Source: an uncultured Candidatus Saccharibacteria bacterium (GTDB lineage: Bacteria > Patescibacteriota > Minisyncoccia > Phycocordibacterales > DATDWN01). From it: a DNA stretch of 64,000 nucleotides. The stretch is taken from assembly GCA_964453075.1 (NCBI GenBank), contig CAYVNM010000002.1:4279-68278 (forward strand), in the 5' to 3' direction. Shown here one piece after another: positions 53,033 to 62,201 of the stretch. How positions within the stretch are numbered: the stretch's first letter is position 1; each line of letters opens with the position of its first letter. The notes under the pieces were generated by a model that did no database searches, was not told where the DNA came from, and saw only the letters and a list, made by a program, of their open reading frames with translations. The position numbers were made by a program, and so were the translations under genes.

Positions 53033-53647
53033 TTAAGCCGTAATCCCTGTGATGAGAGAAAATTCCCAGAATACTAGAGGCAGAAGAAACTTCCACAGGA
53101 AAAATATAAAGAATATCAATATAAATGTGCCGTTTTCCTCTAGAAAATCACGGACATTCTGCATGTGGTATGGCAAAAATGAGAATAATATTTTTGAGCC
53201 ATCCAAGGGTGGAATGGGAATAAGATTAAATGTTGCTAAAACCAGGTTTATTAGAACTATTATGAAAGAAATGTGCGTAAAAGCCTCTCCAAACTGGGCT
53301 GATATGCCAAAACGCATAATCAAACCAAAAAACAATGCTATACATATATTAGATAGTGGTCCTGCGACCGCAACTATAGCCTCGCCCCATTTTTGGTTTC
53401 TAAGGTTATATGGGTTAAAAGGAACTGGCTTTGCCCAGCCAATTATAAACCCCCCAAGAAAATAGGACATGGCTGGAAGTAAAAAGGATCCAAACCATTC
53501 TAAGTGTTTCAGAGGATTAAGAGTTAAACGCCCTTGAAATCTAGCCGTATTATCACCCTGTAGGTAGGCAGCATACCCGTGCGAAACTTCATGGATAACC
53601 ACAGAAAATATCAATATTATTATGGAAAATATGAAATCTATTTGCAT
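53033..53647 (-). CDS. M50-family (site-2 protease-like) zinc metalloprotease.
   Basis: HEVSHG (HExxH) and [11 protein letters not shown] motifs. Polytopic membrane protein. Confidence 0.75.
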   Translation of the reverse strand: MQIDFIFSIIILIFSVVIHEVSHGYAAYLQGDNTARFQGRLTLNPLKHLEWFGSFLLPAMSYFLGGFIIGWAKPVPFNPYNLRNQKWGEAIVAVAGPLSNICIALFFGLIMRFGISAQFGEAFTHISFIIVLINLVLATFNLIPIPPLDGSKILFSFLPYHMQNVRDFLEENGTFILIFFIFFLWKFLLPLVFWEFSLITGITA

Positions 53648-53679
53648 TTTGTATTTTATATGATAGCATAATCCAACGT

Positions 53680-53922
53680 ATGGCTAAAGCATGTCCAATA
53701 ACTAATAAGAGTTCTCAACTATCTGGTGGTTATTCAAACCGTACCCGTGCAACACAATTTAACCCAACAGGTATAAAGAGAAAATATGCAAACCTTCAAA
53801 AAAAGAGGGTTTACATTCCTGAACTCAAAAAAACAGTTAGCTTGACCCTTTCTGCTCGAGCAATCAAGACTATTCAAAAAAATGGCGCATTTGCCACTCT
53901 CAAGAAAGCCGGATTAATTTAA
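53680..53922 (+). CDS. rpmB: Ribosomal protein bL28.
   Basis: MAKACPITNKSSQLSGGYSNRTRATQF. Confidence 0.75.
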   Translation: MAKACPITNKSSQLSGGYSNRTRATQFNPTGIKRKYANLQKKRVYIPELKKTVSLTLSARAIKTIQKNGAFATLKKAGLI

Positions 53923-54010
53923 TCCTGAAATTACTTTAAATAACAACGAGCGGCCGGTCTCTACACGATAGATCCCGGCCGTTATGATATGCGCCATATG
54001 ATACTCTCCC

Positions 54011-54193
54011 TCACGATGCAGCTCGGTTTTTGTCTGGCGTTTCCTGTTCCCGCCAAACAACACGCCCACACTCTGGACAAGCCCATTTCTCCATGACCGG
54101 CCCAATACCAGTCAAGAAAGGTACGGGTTTGCCGTTGCGATCGAGCACACGCTCGAACTCCACATCACACTTTATGCAAGTTTTCTTGTCCAT
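54011..54193 (-). CDS. GC-rich gene H: 60-aa zinc-ribbon protein.
   Basis: CIKCD...CPECG (C4). Extended -10 tgTATAAT, SD GGAGAGGAGGtgtgccATG. Confidence 0.45.
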   Translation of the reverse strand: MDKKTCIKCDVEFERVLDRNGKPVPFLTGIGPVMEKWACPECGRVVWREQETPDKNRAAS

Positions 54194-54241
54194 GGCACAC
54201 CTCCTCTCCTAAAATAATTATACATTAAATAACAAACAGCT

Positions 54242-54490
54242 TCACCTTTTGGGCGAAGCTGTTCTAAGAAAAGAAAGATCGACGGACGAGACCTGCTCCT
54301 CCACAACGACTTCCACGAGATTGAAGTTTGAACACTCTTCTGGATTCGGGAGACTATCGATGTGGCGCCGAACTACCGCCTCCATCAATCTTTCTGAGTT
54401 AGCCTTGAACTCAAACTTCCCCACGACAAACTTCAGTGGAGAAAGAGAGTGAGCAGTCCTAACCCAAGTAAGTCTGTACTTATGAACCAT
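54242..54490 (-). CDS. GC-rich gene I (82 aa, unknown), immediately upstream of gene H on the same strand.
   Basis: SD GGAGGtgttatATG. Atypical composition. Confidence 0.4.
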   Translation of the reverse strand: MVHKYRLTWVRTAHSLSPLKFVVGKFEFKANSERLMEAVVRRHIDSLPNPEECSNFNLVEVVVEEQVSSVDLSFLRTASPKR

Positions 54491-54542
54491 ATAACACCTC
54501 CAGATGGAACTCTACCAAAAACTTATTCTTATAACAACAATA

Positions 54543-55466
54543 TTATTTACACCCACTCGTTGGCTCTCTCACTTTTTTATTTTTCAATATAAATTCTTTT
54601 CCATCTGATTCAAAATTTATTTGACCTATATTACATGTAACGAGAGTTTTTAATTTTTGTTTATCCAATATTTCTAGAACCTCTTTGTTTGGGTGACCAT
54701 ACATATTATTTGTCCCGGCTGATATGACCACCCACTCTGGAGAAACGGCTTTTACATATTCGTCACTTGAAGATGTTTTGGAACCATGATGTCCCGCCTT
54801 TAGAATAGAACTTGTTAGTTTCTCCGCGCCCAAACCTAAAAGATAGTGCTCTATATTAGACGTGGAATCCCCTTGGAGCAAAACACTCGTCTCGCCATAA
54901 ACAAGTTTCATTACTATGGAACCATCATTTGGAGAAAGCCCCGAGACATCACGGTCCGGAAAAAATATTTCCAAATACACTCCCCCACCCAAGTCTATTA
55001 TCTGACCGCGTCTCGCTATTATTTTTGGAATCTTTTTATCCTTAATTTCGTTTTCCAAAACTCCATATACACTATTTTTATTCGTTGTTCCCGGTTCAAG
55101 CACCACATCAGTTTTAAATCTTTTTAAAAGACCGATGAATCCTTCATAGTGATCTTTGTCTGGGTTTGTAACCACAAGCATATCTATATGCTTGTCGTAC
55201 CAAGGTAAAACTTTAGAAATTTCTTTCATCAAATTGTTGTTTGGACCTCCGTCTACCAAAACCTGCATACCAGTTGGCGACTCTATAAAAATAGAGTCTC
55301 CCTGACCTATATCAAGAAAACTCACGGTCAAAATACCGTCACGATCTTCACGAATTACTACAAACCACAATGTTAAACTAACTAAAAGGAGGATTCCGAG
55401 CACATACCACCTCAAATGGGCACGAATATGAGATAGAATCCTTAACATATGATATATTATACACAC
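54543..55466 (-). CDS. ComEC-type metallo-beta-lactamase domain protein (stand-alone C-terminal part of the DNA-uptake channel).
   Basis: N-terminal TM anchor plus MBL fold (HxHxDH-like NPDKDHYEG, ...AGHHGS). Confidence 0.6.
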   Translation of the reverse strand: MCIIYHMLRILSHIRAHLRWYVLGILLLVSLTLWFVVIREDRDGILTVSFLDIGQGDSIFIESPTGMQVLVDGGPNNNLMKEISKVLPWYDKHIDMLVVTNPDKDHYEGFIGLLKRFKTDVVLEPGTTNKNSVYGVLENEIKDKKIPKIIARRGQIIDLGGGVYLEIFFPDRDVSGLSPNDGSIVMKLVYGETSVLLQGDSTSNIEHYLLGLGAEKLTSSILKAGHHGSKTSSSDEYVKAVSPEWVVISAGTNNMYGHPNKEVLEILDKQKLKTLVTCNIGQINFESDGKEFILKNKKVREPTSGCK

Positions 55467-55491
55467 AAATTAAGAGCCAAAATATAAAAAC

Positions 55492-56085
55492 ATGAAACCA
55501 TTTGAAGAGAAAAAATTTAATATTGGTGAACTAAAAGGAATATCGGCCAAAACAATTGAGGAGCATTTGAAGCTTTATTCTGGATATGTAAAAAACTTAA
55601 ACAACATCTTTACACAAATCGGCGAACTAATGTCTGACCCAACTAAAAACGCATTTCTTATAGGAGAACTACATCGACGCACTGGCTTTGAATTCAATGG
55701 TATGAGAAATCATGAAGTTTACTTTGATTTACTTGAGGGAGGTTCTCACCCACTTCCAGAAAATTCTAAATTTAAAAAACAAATGGAAACCCAGGCGCCG
55801 TCTGTTGAAGCGGCGATGGGAGGATTTAAAACTCTTGCAATGACTCGTGGTATCGGCTGGGCAATACTTTACTGGGACAAAGAGTCAGGACAACTCATTG
55901 CAACATGGGTTGATGAACAACACCTAGGACAACTTCAAGGATGCACACCAATCATCGCTCTAGACATGTGGGAACACTCATACGTTGCCGACTACCAACC
56001 AAGTGGAAAGAAACAATACGTAGAAGACTTCTTCAGCAATTTAAACTGGTCAAAAGTGGAGAAAAACTTTTTAAGTGCTATTTAA
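55492..56085 (+). CDS. Fe/Mn superoxide dismutase-family protein (divergent).
   Basis: NHEVYFDLL, ALDMWEHSYVADYQ, and a NWSKVEKNF C-terminus match the SOD C-terminal metal-binding region. The N-terminal His pair is degenerate. Confidence 0.55.
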   Translation: MKPFEEKKFNIGELKGISAKTIEEHLKLYSGYVKNLNNIFTQIGELMSDPTKNAFLIGELHRRTGFEFNGMRNHEVYFDLLEGGSHPLPENSKFKKQMETQAPSVEAAMGGFKTLAMTRGIGWAILYWDKESGQLIATWVDEQHLGQLQGCTPIIALDMWEHSYVADYQPSGKKQYVEDFFSNLNWSKVEKNFLSAI

Positions 56086-56087
56086 TA

Positions 56088-56303
56088 CTAGTTAGATTTT
56101 CTCCTAAAAAATAAATACAAAATCAAAACAACAATCAATATTATGGGTAAAATAATACCCGAAAGCTCCTTATCAAAAAGATAATTTAACAGGCCAGCTC
56201 CATTCCCTCCAAAACTCCCTCCCAAAAACCTCAAAATCCAATCTATTAGTAAAACAAGTACAATAAATATTACGAATAAAATTATTTTAGTTTTTTTGGT
56301 CAT
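56088..56303 (-). CDS. Small membrane protein, hypothetical.
   Basis: 2 TM helices. Confidence 0.3.
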   Translation of the reverse strand: MTKKTKIILFVIFIVLVLLIDWILRFLGGSFGGNGAGLLNYLFDKELSGIILPIILIVVLILYLFFRRKSN

Positions 56304-57759
56304 GTAAATATTTTAACATGAAAATAATAGCTAAATAAACCATAATTAAAACCCCAAAAGAAAATGCTGGTAGATTTAGTGCACCAAACGGAATACTTGC
56401 TCCGATGTGAACTATTGTGAGCTGATACCACAAAAGAATGTAGGTAAAAAATGCCGGAATAAAAGAAAGATAAATAGAGAATAGTCCCAAAACACCCGTT
56501 ATAAATCCCAAAGACATTGTGAGTGGTATGGTACCCAAAATCAAAACGTTTACAGGTAGAGAAACCAGAGAAAGTACGCCCATATTGTAAATAAGGTATG
56601 GCAAAACTGTAATCTGGGTAGCTATGGTAGAAGAAACTATTTCTTGTAAGCCAAACCTTTCTGTTATCCAAGATAAATACGGGGTTATTTGGGGAGTAAC
56701 AAAAATCAATCCAATAGTGGCCAAGACAGAAAGTTGGAAAGAAGGATCAAAAGCAAGCAAAAGCGGATTCGGAGCGAGCATCAAGACAATAGTAAAACCA
56801 AAGACTCTGCTGGCTTTGTAATCCCTATTAAATTTTTTGGCAAACAAGGCAACCAAAACCATGATGGCTGCCCTCCAGGCACTAGCCCCTCCCCCAGAAA
56901 GAATAGTAAACAAAATTATACTAACAGCTCCAAAACCAAAGGACATATTCTTTGGTAAAAATTTAAAAATCGCCATTATACTACTAGCCACAATAGCAAT
57001 GTTGTAACCAGACAAAACAACAATATGAGAGACTCCTGTTTTTTGAAATTCTGTAAGTAGTTCTTTACCCAAACTTTGTTTCGTACCAAGGAGAAGCCCC
57101 GCAAGCAGACTAGACTCCGGCTCTGATAGTGCGTCATGGATAGAATCGGTGAATTTTCTTTTTGTTTTGAAAAGAAGTGTTTTAACAAAACTTCCGTGAC
57201 CACTTGATACAAACTCCACATTTGTAAAGCGACTTGTATACCACACACCTCGCACACGAAGATACCCCTTATAGTCAAAAACTCTTCCATTGGTTTCAAA
57301 TTCCCCTGGCTCCTCTAGCACAACTTTCGCCCTGACCTTATCTCCGTAAGAAAACTCTGGATATATTGGAACTGTTACTAATATTTTTTCTCGAACAGAA
57401 ACAGTTGTCGTACCGTTCACTACACTTCTTACCCCGATAGTTAATTTGGTATTAGTTTCTCTAACATCTGGTTCACCGACAATTATTCCTTCTATATTTA
57501 TTTGCTTTCCAACGTATTTATCTAACTGAGAATCGGTATACAAATCAGAAACCATAATTCTTCCAACACCACACAAAACTCCAAGCACAATAAATAAAAT
57601 TATATTTAAAACCTTGCGACTATTTTCATCTACAAAATACCTGTATATAAAAAACAGTAGAACCAAACAAATCAAAGCAACAAAAAATCCGACGTTAATC
57701 GGAAAAATTGAACCCAGTGTTATGCCCCCTATGAATCCTAAGACCAGGGAGATCACCAT
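56287..57759 (-). CDS. comEC: ComEC/Rec2 competence membrane channel (DUF4131 plus competence domain), lacking the MBL domain.
   Basis: 490 aa, polytopic. GVSHIVVLSGYNIAIV competence-domain motif. Confidence 0.7.
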   Translation of the reverse strand: MVISLVLGFIGGITLGSIFPINVGFFVALICLVLLFFIYRYFVDENSRKVLNIILFIVLGVLCGVGRIMVSDLYTDSQLDKYVGKQINIEGIIVGEPDVRETNTKLTIGVRSVVNGTTTVSVREKILVTVPIYPEFSYGDKVRAKVVLEEPGEFETNGRVFDYKGYLRVRGVWYTSRFTNVEFVSSGHGSFVKTLLFKTKRKFTDSIHDALSEPESSLLAGLLLGTKQSLGKELLTEFQKTGVSHIVVLSGYNIAIVASSIMAIFKFLPKNMSFGFGAVSIILFTILSGGGASAWRAAIMVLVALFAKKFNRDYKASRVFGFTIVLMLAPNPLLLAFDPSFQLSVLATIGLIFVTPQITPYLSWITERFGLQEIVSSTIATQITVLPYLIYNMGVLSLVSLPVNVLILGTIPLTMSLGFITGVLGLFSIYLSFIPAFFTYILLWYQLTIVHIGASIPFGALNLPAFSFGVLIMVYLAIIFMLKYLHDQKN

Positions 57760-57760
57760 A

Positions 57761-58435
57761 TTATTCCGTAAATTCTTTTATTATTTCTTCCTCATCAGCA
57801 GGAGAAGTAGATTTTTTATAACGGGCCCCAGAAACCCCATTTACCCGTGCTTTGCAGTCATCCCAAGTTTTATGAACTTTTATCTCCCCATCTACCATAC
57901 TTATATAAGAATAGGCTTTGCTTTTACTTTTTGTCTTACTCTTTGAATCTTTTGATTGTTTAATAGAAACATCAATTCCGTATCTTTCTTTAGATCCGTT
58001 ATACAAAACAACAGGTGCCCTGTCAGCAAAAGAAGTAGCGATTACGTCACACCTTTCGTTCCCTGCCGTGCCAGAATGCCCTTTTATTAATTTCCAATCA
58101 ATTATTTTGTGAGAAGTTAATTCAATTAATCTCTCCCACAAATCCTTATTTAAAACATCCTCCTTTTGTGATGTTTTCCATTTGTTTTTCTTCCAACCTT
58201 TGACCCAACGGGTTGCACCATTCAGAACATAAGCTGAATCAGTATATATGGTCATCTCCCTCTCAGACAAAACCGACTCCAAGGCAGATATAACAGCTGT
58301 GAGTTCCATGCGGTTGTTTGTCGTATGATCTTCTCTACCACCAAGTTCCATGGCTGAATCGTCAGTAATAACAATAGCACCCCATCCGCCAGGACCAGGA
58401 TTGCCTCTCGCGCTACCATCTGTAAAAATAATCAT
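57761..58435 (-). CDS. rnhA: Ribonuclease HI with a roughly 70-aa Lys/Ser-rich C-terminal extension.
   Basis: MIIFTDGSARGNPGPGGWGAIV...TDSAYV...HSGTAGNERCD are catalytic DEDD-type motifs. Confidence 0.8.
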   Translation of the reverse strand: MIIFTDGSARGNPGPGGWGAIVITDDSAMELGGREDHTTNNRMELTAVISALESVLSEREMTIYTDSAYVLNGATRWVKGWKKNKWKTSQKEDVLNKDLWERLIELTSHKIIDWKLIKGHSGTAGNERCDVIATSFADRAPVVLYNGSKERYGIDVSIKQSKDSKSKTKSKSKAYSYISMVDGEIKVHKTWDDCKARVNGVSGARYKKSTSPADEEEIIKEFTE

Positions 58436-58454
58436 TCATTGATTATACCAAATA

Positions 58455-58757
58455 ACTTTTTATATACGAAAAACGGCGCCCTCTTTCGAGAACGCCGTGG
58501 AAGTATGGGGGTTGGTTTACGGCTGTATCCCCCGGGGTCGCCAGCCCTTAGCCTACGTGTGCGCCGGGTCTTCCAGCCCAACGACTGAATCTACCACGGT
58601 GGCATTATATTTTAACTCTTAGAAAGATCTTTGAATCCGGACATTTCGCTTATAAGCTGGCTGTTCCGGCAGGCCAAGGAGACTTGAGCCCTGATTCTCC
58701 CAACAGGTCATATTTCTGGCCTTATTTCTGCGACACCCCTTTCGGTTTGTCTTTCGG
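58455..58757 (-). ncRNA. Candidate structured ncRNA (about 300 nt), identity unresolved (RNase P RNA, SRP RNA or novel).
   Basis: Near-consensus promoter TTGACA-17-TATACT on the minus strand (58764-58792). Intrinsic terminator cggcgccctctttcgagaacgccg plus a T-run at the 3' end (58455-58486). GC-rich. No ORF longer than 33 aa and no SD. Confidence 0.5.
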
Positions 58758-58807
58758 TTTATTTATCTTGTATAAGTATATCACAGTACTATATTTCTGT
58801 CAAGCGA

Positions 58808-60559
58808 TTAAAATATGTCCACTATTCGGAGGCGGAGTTCTGGGAAATTACGAAATTGTGACTTTTCGAGAGTAGCAACTAAATTTATACTGTCCCCCAC
58901 ACCGAGAGGCACCATAAATTTGTCTGGTGTTGAAAAAAAAGCGATAGCTGTGACATCAGATCCTTTTGAGTTTCGGAATTTTAATTCCAAATGATTTTGT
59001 TCTTTGCCAAAAAGTTTTACGTTACTTATTTTTATATTTTCAAAAAGAAAAAGTGGTTTTGGATTATCTAAACCAAAAGGAGCAAATTTCTCTATTAGTC
59101 TATATGTATCCCAACTGACTTCATCCAAGGATAACTTTTTATCTACCAGGATATCTTCTATTAATTTATTCTCCTTCACCATTTCTAAAAAAGCTTCGTT
59201 CAACCTGTCCTCAAGTGTATGAATGTTTTCCTGCATAACAGAAAATCCACCTGCACCTTTGTGTCCACCATAGTCCACAAAAACATCTTTGACCTTTTCC
59301 ATGAGACAAACAACATCTGTGTCTCCACCGGCGCGACACGAACCTTTTATGATTGTACTTCCATTACTCCCTTCCCTTCCCCAGAAAAAAACTGGACGAT
59401 TGTGCTCATCAGAGAAACTGTTTGCAACGAGTCCTAAGAGACTAGGCTTCCATTCTGGATTTCCAAAAACTAAAACATTTTTCATTGTATCTCCTCTTTC
59501 TTCAATTCTTTTTTTTATCTCTTTGACCATACTTCCCACCAAACCTTTTCTCTCATCATTTTTATTATTCAAATGCTCAGCCAAAACTCCGGCTGACACT
59601 TCATCCGTAGTAGACATCAGAGAAAACGCGTCATGAGGAATACCCATTCTAGATGCTGCATTGATACGAGGGGTGATCATGAAAGCAATGTCATCCTCTG
59701 TTGCTGTTTGTTGGTTTATTTTAAGTAATGAAAAAAGTTTCTGCAGTCCAACTCGTGGACTTTTCTGCAAAACTTTTAATCCGTAAAAAGACAGGACTCT
59801 GTTCTCCCCAACGAGCGGTACCATATCAGAAAGAGTAGCGAGCCCCACCATATCGAGTAACCATTTTTCCTGACCTTCCTTCCAATTAAATTTTTCTGCA
59901 AAGTTTTTGGATTTTATTATTGCTTGTACAACTTTAAAAATAACCCCAGCACCACATAACATTTTTTCTGGATAATCACATCCTTTTTGTTTTGGATTTA
60001 TTATGGCAAATGCTTTTGGTAATTTTTTTCCGGGAATATGATGATCGGTGATTATAACATCAATACCAAAACTATTGGCCAGATCAACTTGTGTAACATC
60101 AGTAATTCCACAATCAATAGTAATGATTAGTTTCACATTTTGAGAATTTAAATTCTCTATCGCTTCGTCATTCAAACCAAAACCCTCTTCGTTACGTAGC
60201 GGAATATAATTTACAAAATTATTGAAATTTATTTTTTTAAAGAAGTCGTGCAAAACAACAGCACCTGGAATTCCATCTGCATCATAATCACTATATATTC
60301 CAATTTTTTCATTTTCATTTATTGCCTTCAAGATTCTATTCACAACTTTTTTCATGTCCTTCAAAAGATAAGGGTCGTGAAGATGTAACAAATAATCAGG
60401 GTTGAGAAACTGTTCAGAACTCTCTATATCACTTATTCCCCGAGCACATAACATAGACCTTACAAGCGGATGATAAGGTTTCAAAGCCTCATCAACGTTC
60501 TGTGTAACAGGATTTCGTAAGGCATATTTTTTCATCCCGTTAGAGATAGGTCTCGCCAT
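58808..60559 (-). CDS. recJ: Single-stranded-DNA-specific exonuclease RecJ.
   Basis: DHH family motifs (DYDADG, ITDHH, GGHKGAGG). The start may be the second ATG (MKKYALRN). Confidence 0.85.
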   Translation of the reverse strand: MARPISNGMKKYALRNPVTQNVDEALKPYHPLVRSMLCARGISDIESSEQFLNPDYLLHLHDPYLLKDMKKVVNRILKAINENEKIGIYSDYDADGIPGAVVLHDFFKKINFNNFVNYIPLRNEEGFGLNDEAIENLNSQNVKLIITIDCGITDVTQVDLANSFGIDVIITDHHIPGKKLPKAFAIINPKQKGCDYPEKMLCGAGVIFKVVQAIIKSKNFAEKFNWKEGQEKWLLDMVGLATLSDMVPLVGENRVLSFYGLKVLQKSPRVGLQKLFSLLKINQQTATEDDIAFMITPRINAASRMGIPHDAFSLMSTTDEVSAGVLAEHLNNKNDERKGLVGSMVKEIKKRIEERGDTMKNVLVFGNPEWKPSLLGLVANSFSDEHNRPVFFWGREGSNGSTIIKGSCRAGGDTDVVCLMEKVKDVFVDYGGHKGAGGFSVMQENIHTLEDRLNEAFLEMVKENKLIEDILVDKKLSLDEVSWDTYRLIEKFAPFGLDNPKPLFLFENIKISNVKLFGKEQNHLELKFRNSKGSDVTAIAFFSTPDKFMVPLGVGDSINLVATLEKSQFRNFPELRLRIVDIF

Positions 60560-60779
60560 AGTTCGTACAATGATTACTACCGAAATTAATTTATAATATT
60601 ATAATTACCACTTTGTTATTTCCCGTGAATCTCTAACGGGATTCATTTCATTAGTGTAACACACTAATATAGACATAAATAACAACAAATATGATAAAAT
60701 ATTGTCTATGGATCCCGTTAGAAGTCTCAGTGACTCTGATCACGGATTGCAACTTTTATAAACATTTTAATTCAATATT

Positions 60780-61196
60780 ATGTTAACAAACACTGATACT
60801 TCTAACGGGACAAGCAATTGTATATTTTGCAAAATAGTGAAAGGAGATCTTCCTTCACATCGGGTTTATGAGGATGATAATTTTTTGGCATTTCTAGATA
60901 TCAACCCTGAGTCTCCTGGACACACTTTAGTTATACCGAAAGAACACTACCGCTGGGTATGGGATGTTCCAAATGCCGGAGAGTATTTTGAAGTTACCAA
61001 GAAAATTGCACTGGCACAGAAAAAAGCTTTCAACACTGATTTGGTTATTTCTAGGGTTGTAGGAGAGGAAGTTCACCATGCACACATCTGGGTATTCCCT
61101 GCTTCTTTCAACAAAGGAGAATTTGAAAAGACGGCAGGTGACAAAAAAGACTTCGCTGGAAATGCAGAAAAAATAAAAAAGGAATTGCAAAACTAA
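60780..61196 (+). CDS. HIT-family (histidine triad) hydrolase.
   Basis: CIFCKIV...PESPGHTLVIPKEHY...HHAHIWVFP. Confidence 0.8.
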   Translation: MLTNTDTSNGTSNCIFCKIVKGDLPSHRVYEDDNFLAFLDINPESPGHTLVIPKEHYRWVWDVPNAGEYFEVTKKIALAQKKAFNTDLVISRVVGEEVHHAHIWVFPASFNKGEFEKTAGDKKDFAGNAEKIKKELQN

Positions 61197-61951
61197 ATTG
61201 ACTCAACTAGTTTTATTATTTCAATAAAATCTTTTGCTCTTAAACTTTCTCGTCCAACTAAGAGGCCCGAAACATTTCCATCACGAACAAGCGAGTCTGC
61301 GTTGACCCTATCAACATCTCCTCCATAAAGAATTTTCATGCTATCTGAAAAAGTTCCACACAAATCTTTCAAAACTTTTTTAATAAAAATAGAAGTCTCA
61401 AGTAGGTCCCTTGGGCTCATGGACTCCCTCGCTCCGATAGCCCACAAAGGTTCGTAAGCAATAATAACTTTGTCTAACATTTTTTTTGGAACATCTTTGA
61501 GTCCAGACACAATTTGCTGTTTTATGAAATTATAAAAATCTCCATTTTGATCTCTCATCTCCTCCCCTACACAAAGTATGGCCGTCATACCACCACCAAC
61601 TACTGCTCTAACTTTTTTATTTATCAACTCATCACTCTCTCCCATTTTTCTTCTCTCTGAATGTCCGACAATCACATAGTCAACTTTGAAATCTGATAGC
61701 TCCGTGTAGCTCACTTCACCAGTGAAAGGTCCTTGTGACTCATAGTTTGCATTTTGAGCACCCAGAAAAAAATTAGAATCTGAAAGAGAAGTGAGGGGTG
61801 GTAGAAAAACAAAAGGAGGACAAACAACCACATCTGTTTTTTTCAGTTCTCGTGTTGCTCTCTTTACACTCTGCGCTAGTTTTTTTGCTTCATCCAAACT
61901 TTGTGGGTTCATCTTCCAATTTCCCACAACAAGCTTTTTAGATTTCTTCAT
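61193..61951 (-). CDS. tpiA: Triosephosphate isomerase.
   Basis: GNWKMN, IVGHSERR, and AYEPLWAIG catalytic motifs. Confidence 0.85.
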   Translation of the reverse strand: MKKSKKLVVGNWKMNPQSLDEAKKLAQSVKRATRELKKTDVVVCPPFVFLPPLTSLSDSNFFLGAQNANYESQGPFTGEVSYTELSDFKVDYVIVGHSERRKMGESDELINKKVRAVVGGGMTAILCVGEEMRDQNGDFYNFIKQQIVSGLKDVPKKMLDKVIIAYEPLWAIGARESMSPRDLLETSIFIKKVLKDLCGTFSDSMKILYGGDVDRVNADSLVRDGNVSGLLVGRESLRAKDFIEIIKLVESI

Positions 61952-62201
61952 CCCGTTAGAAATAGGAAAGCTTTTTGAAAAACCTTTCCATAGTTACTTA
62001 ATAATAAATGTAAATGATTATGTTTCCCGTTATAACCAGCATCTCTCACAAAATAACAAAATGATTTCTAACGGGACAAGTCCTTACAATTATATCACAA
62101 CAGTTTTTATACGAAAAAACCCGATACAGAGAATCTGTATCGAGTGTGTAGGTAGGGTGCCGAGGCACCCTACCTTGGATGTACTACCCACTGCCCAGGA
62201 A

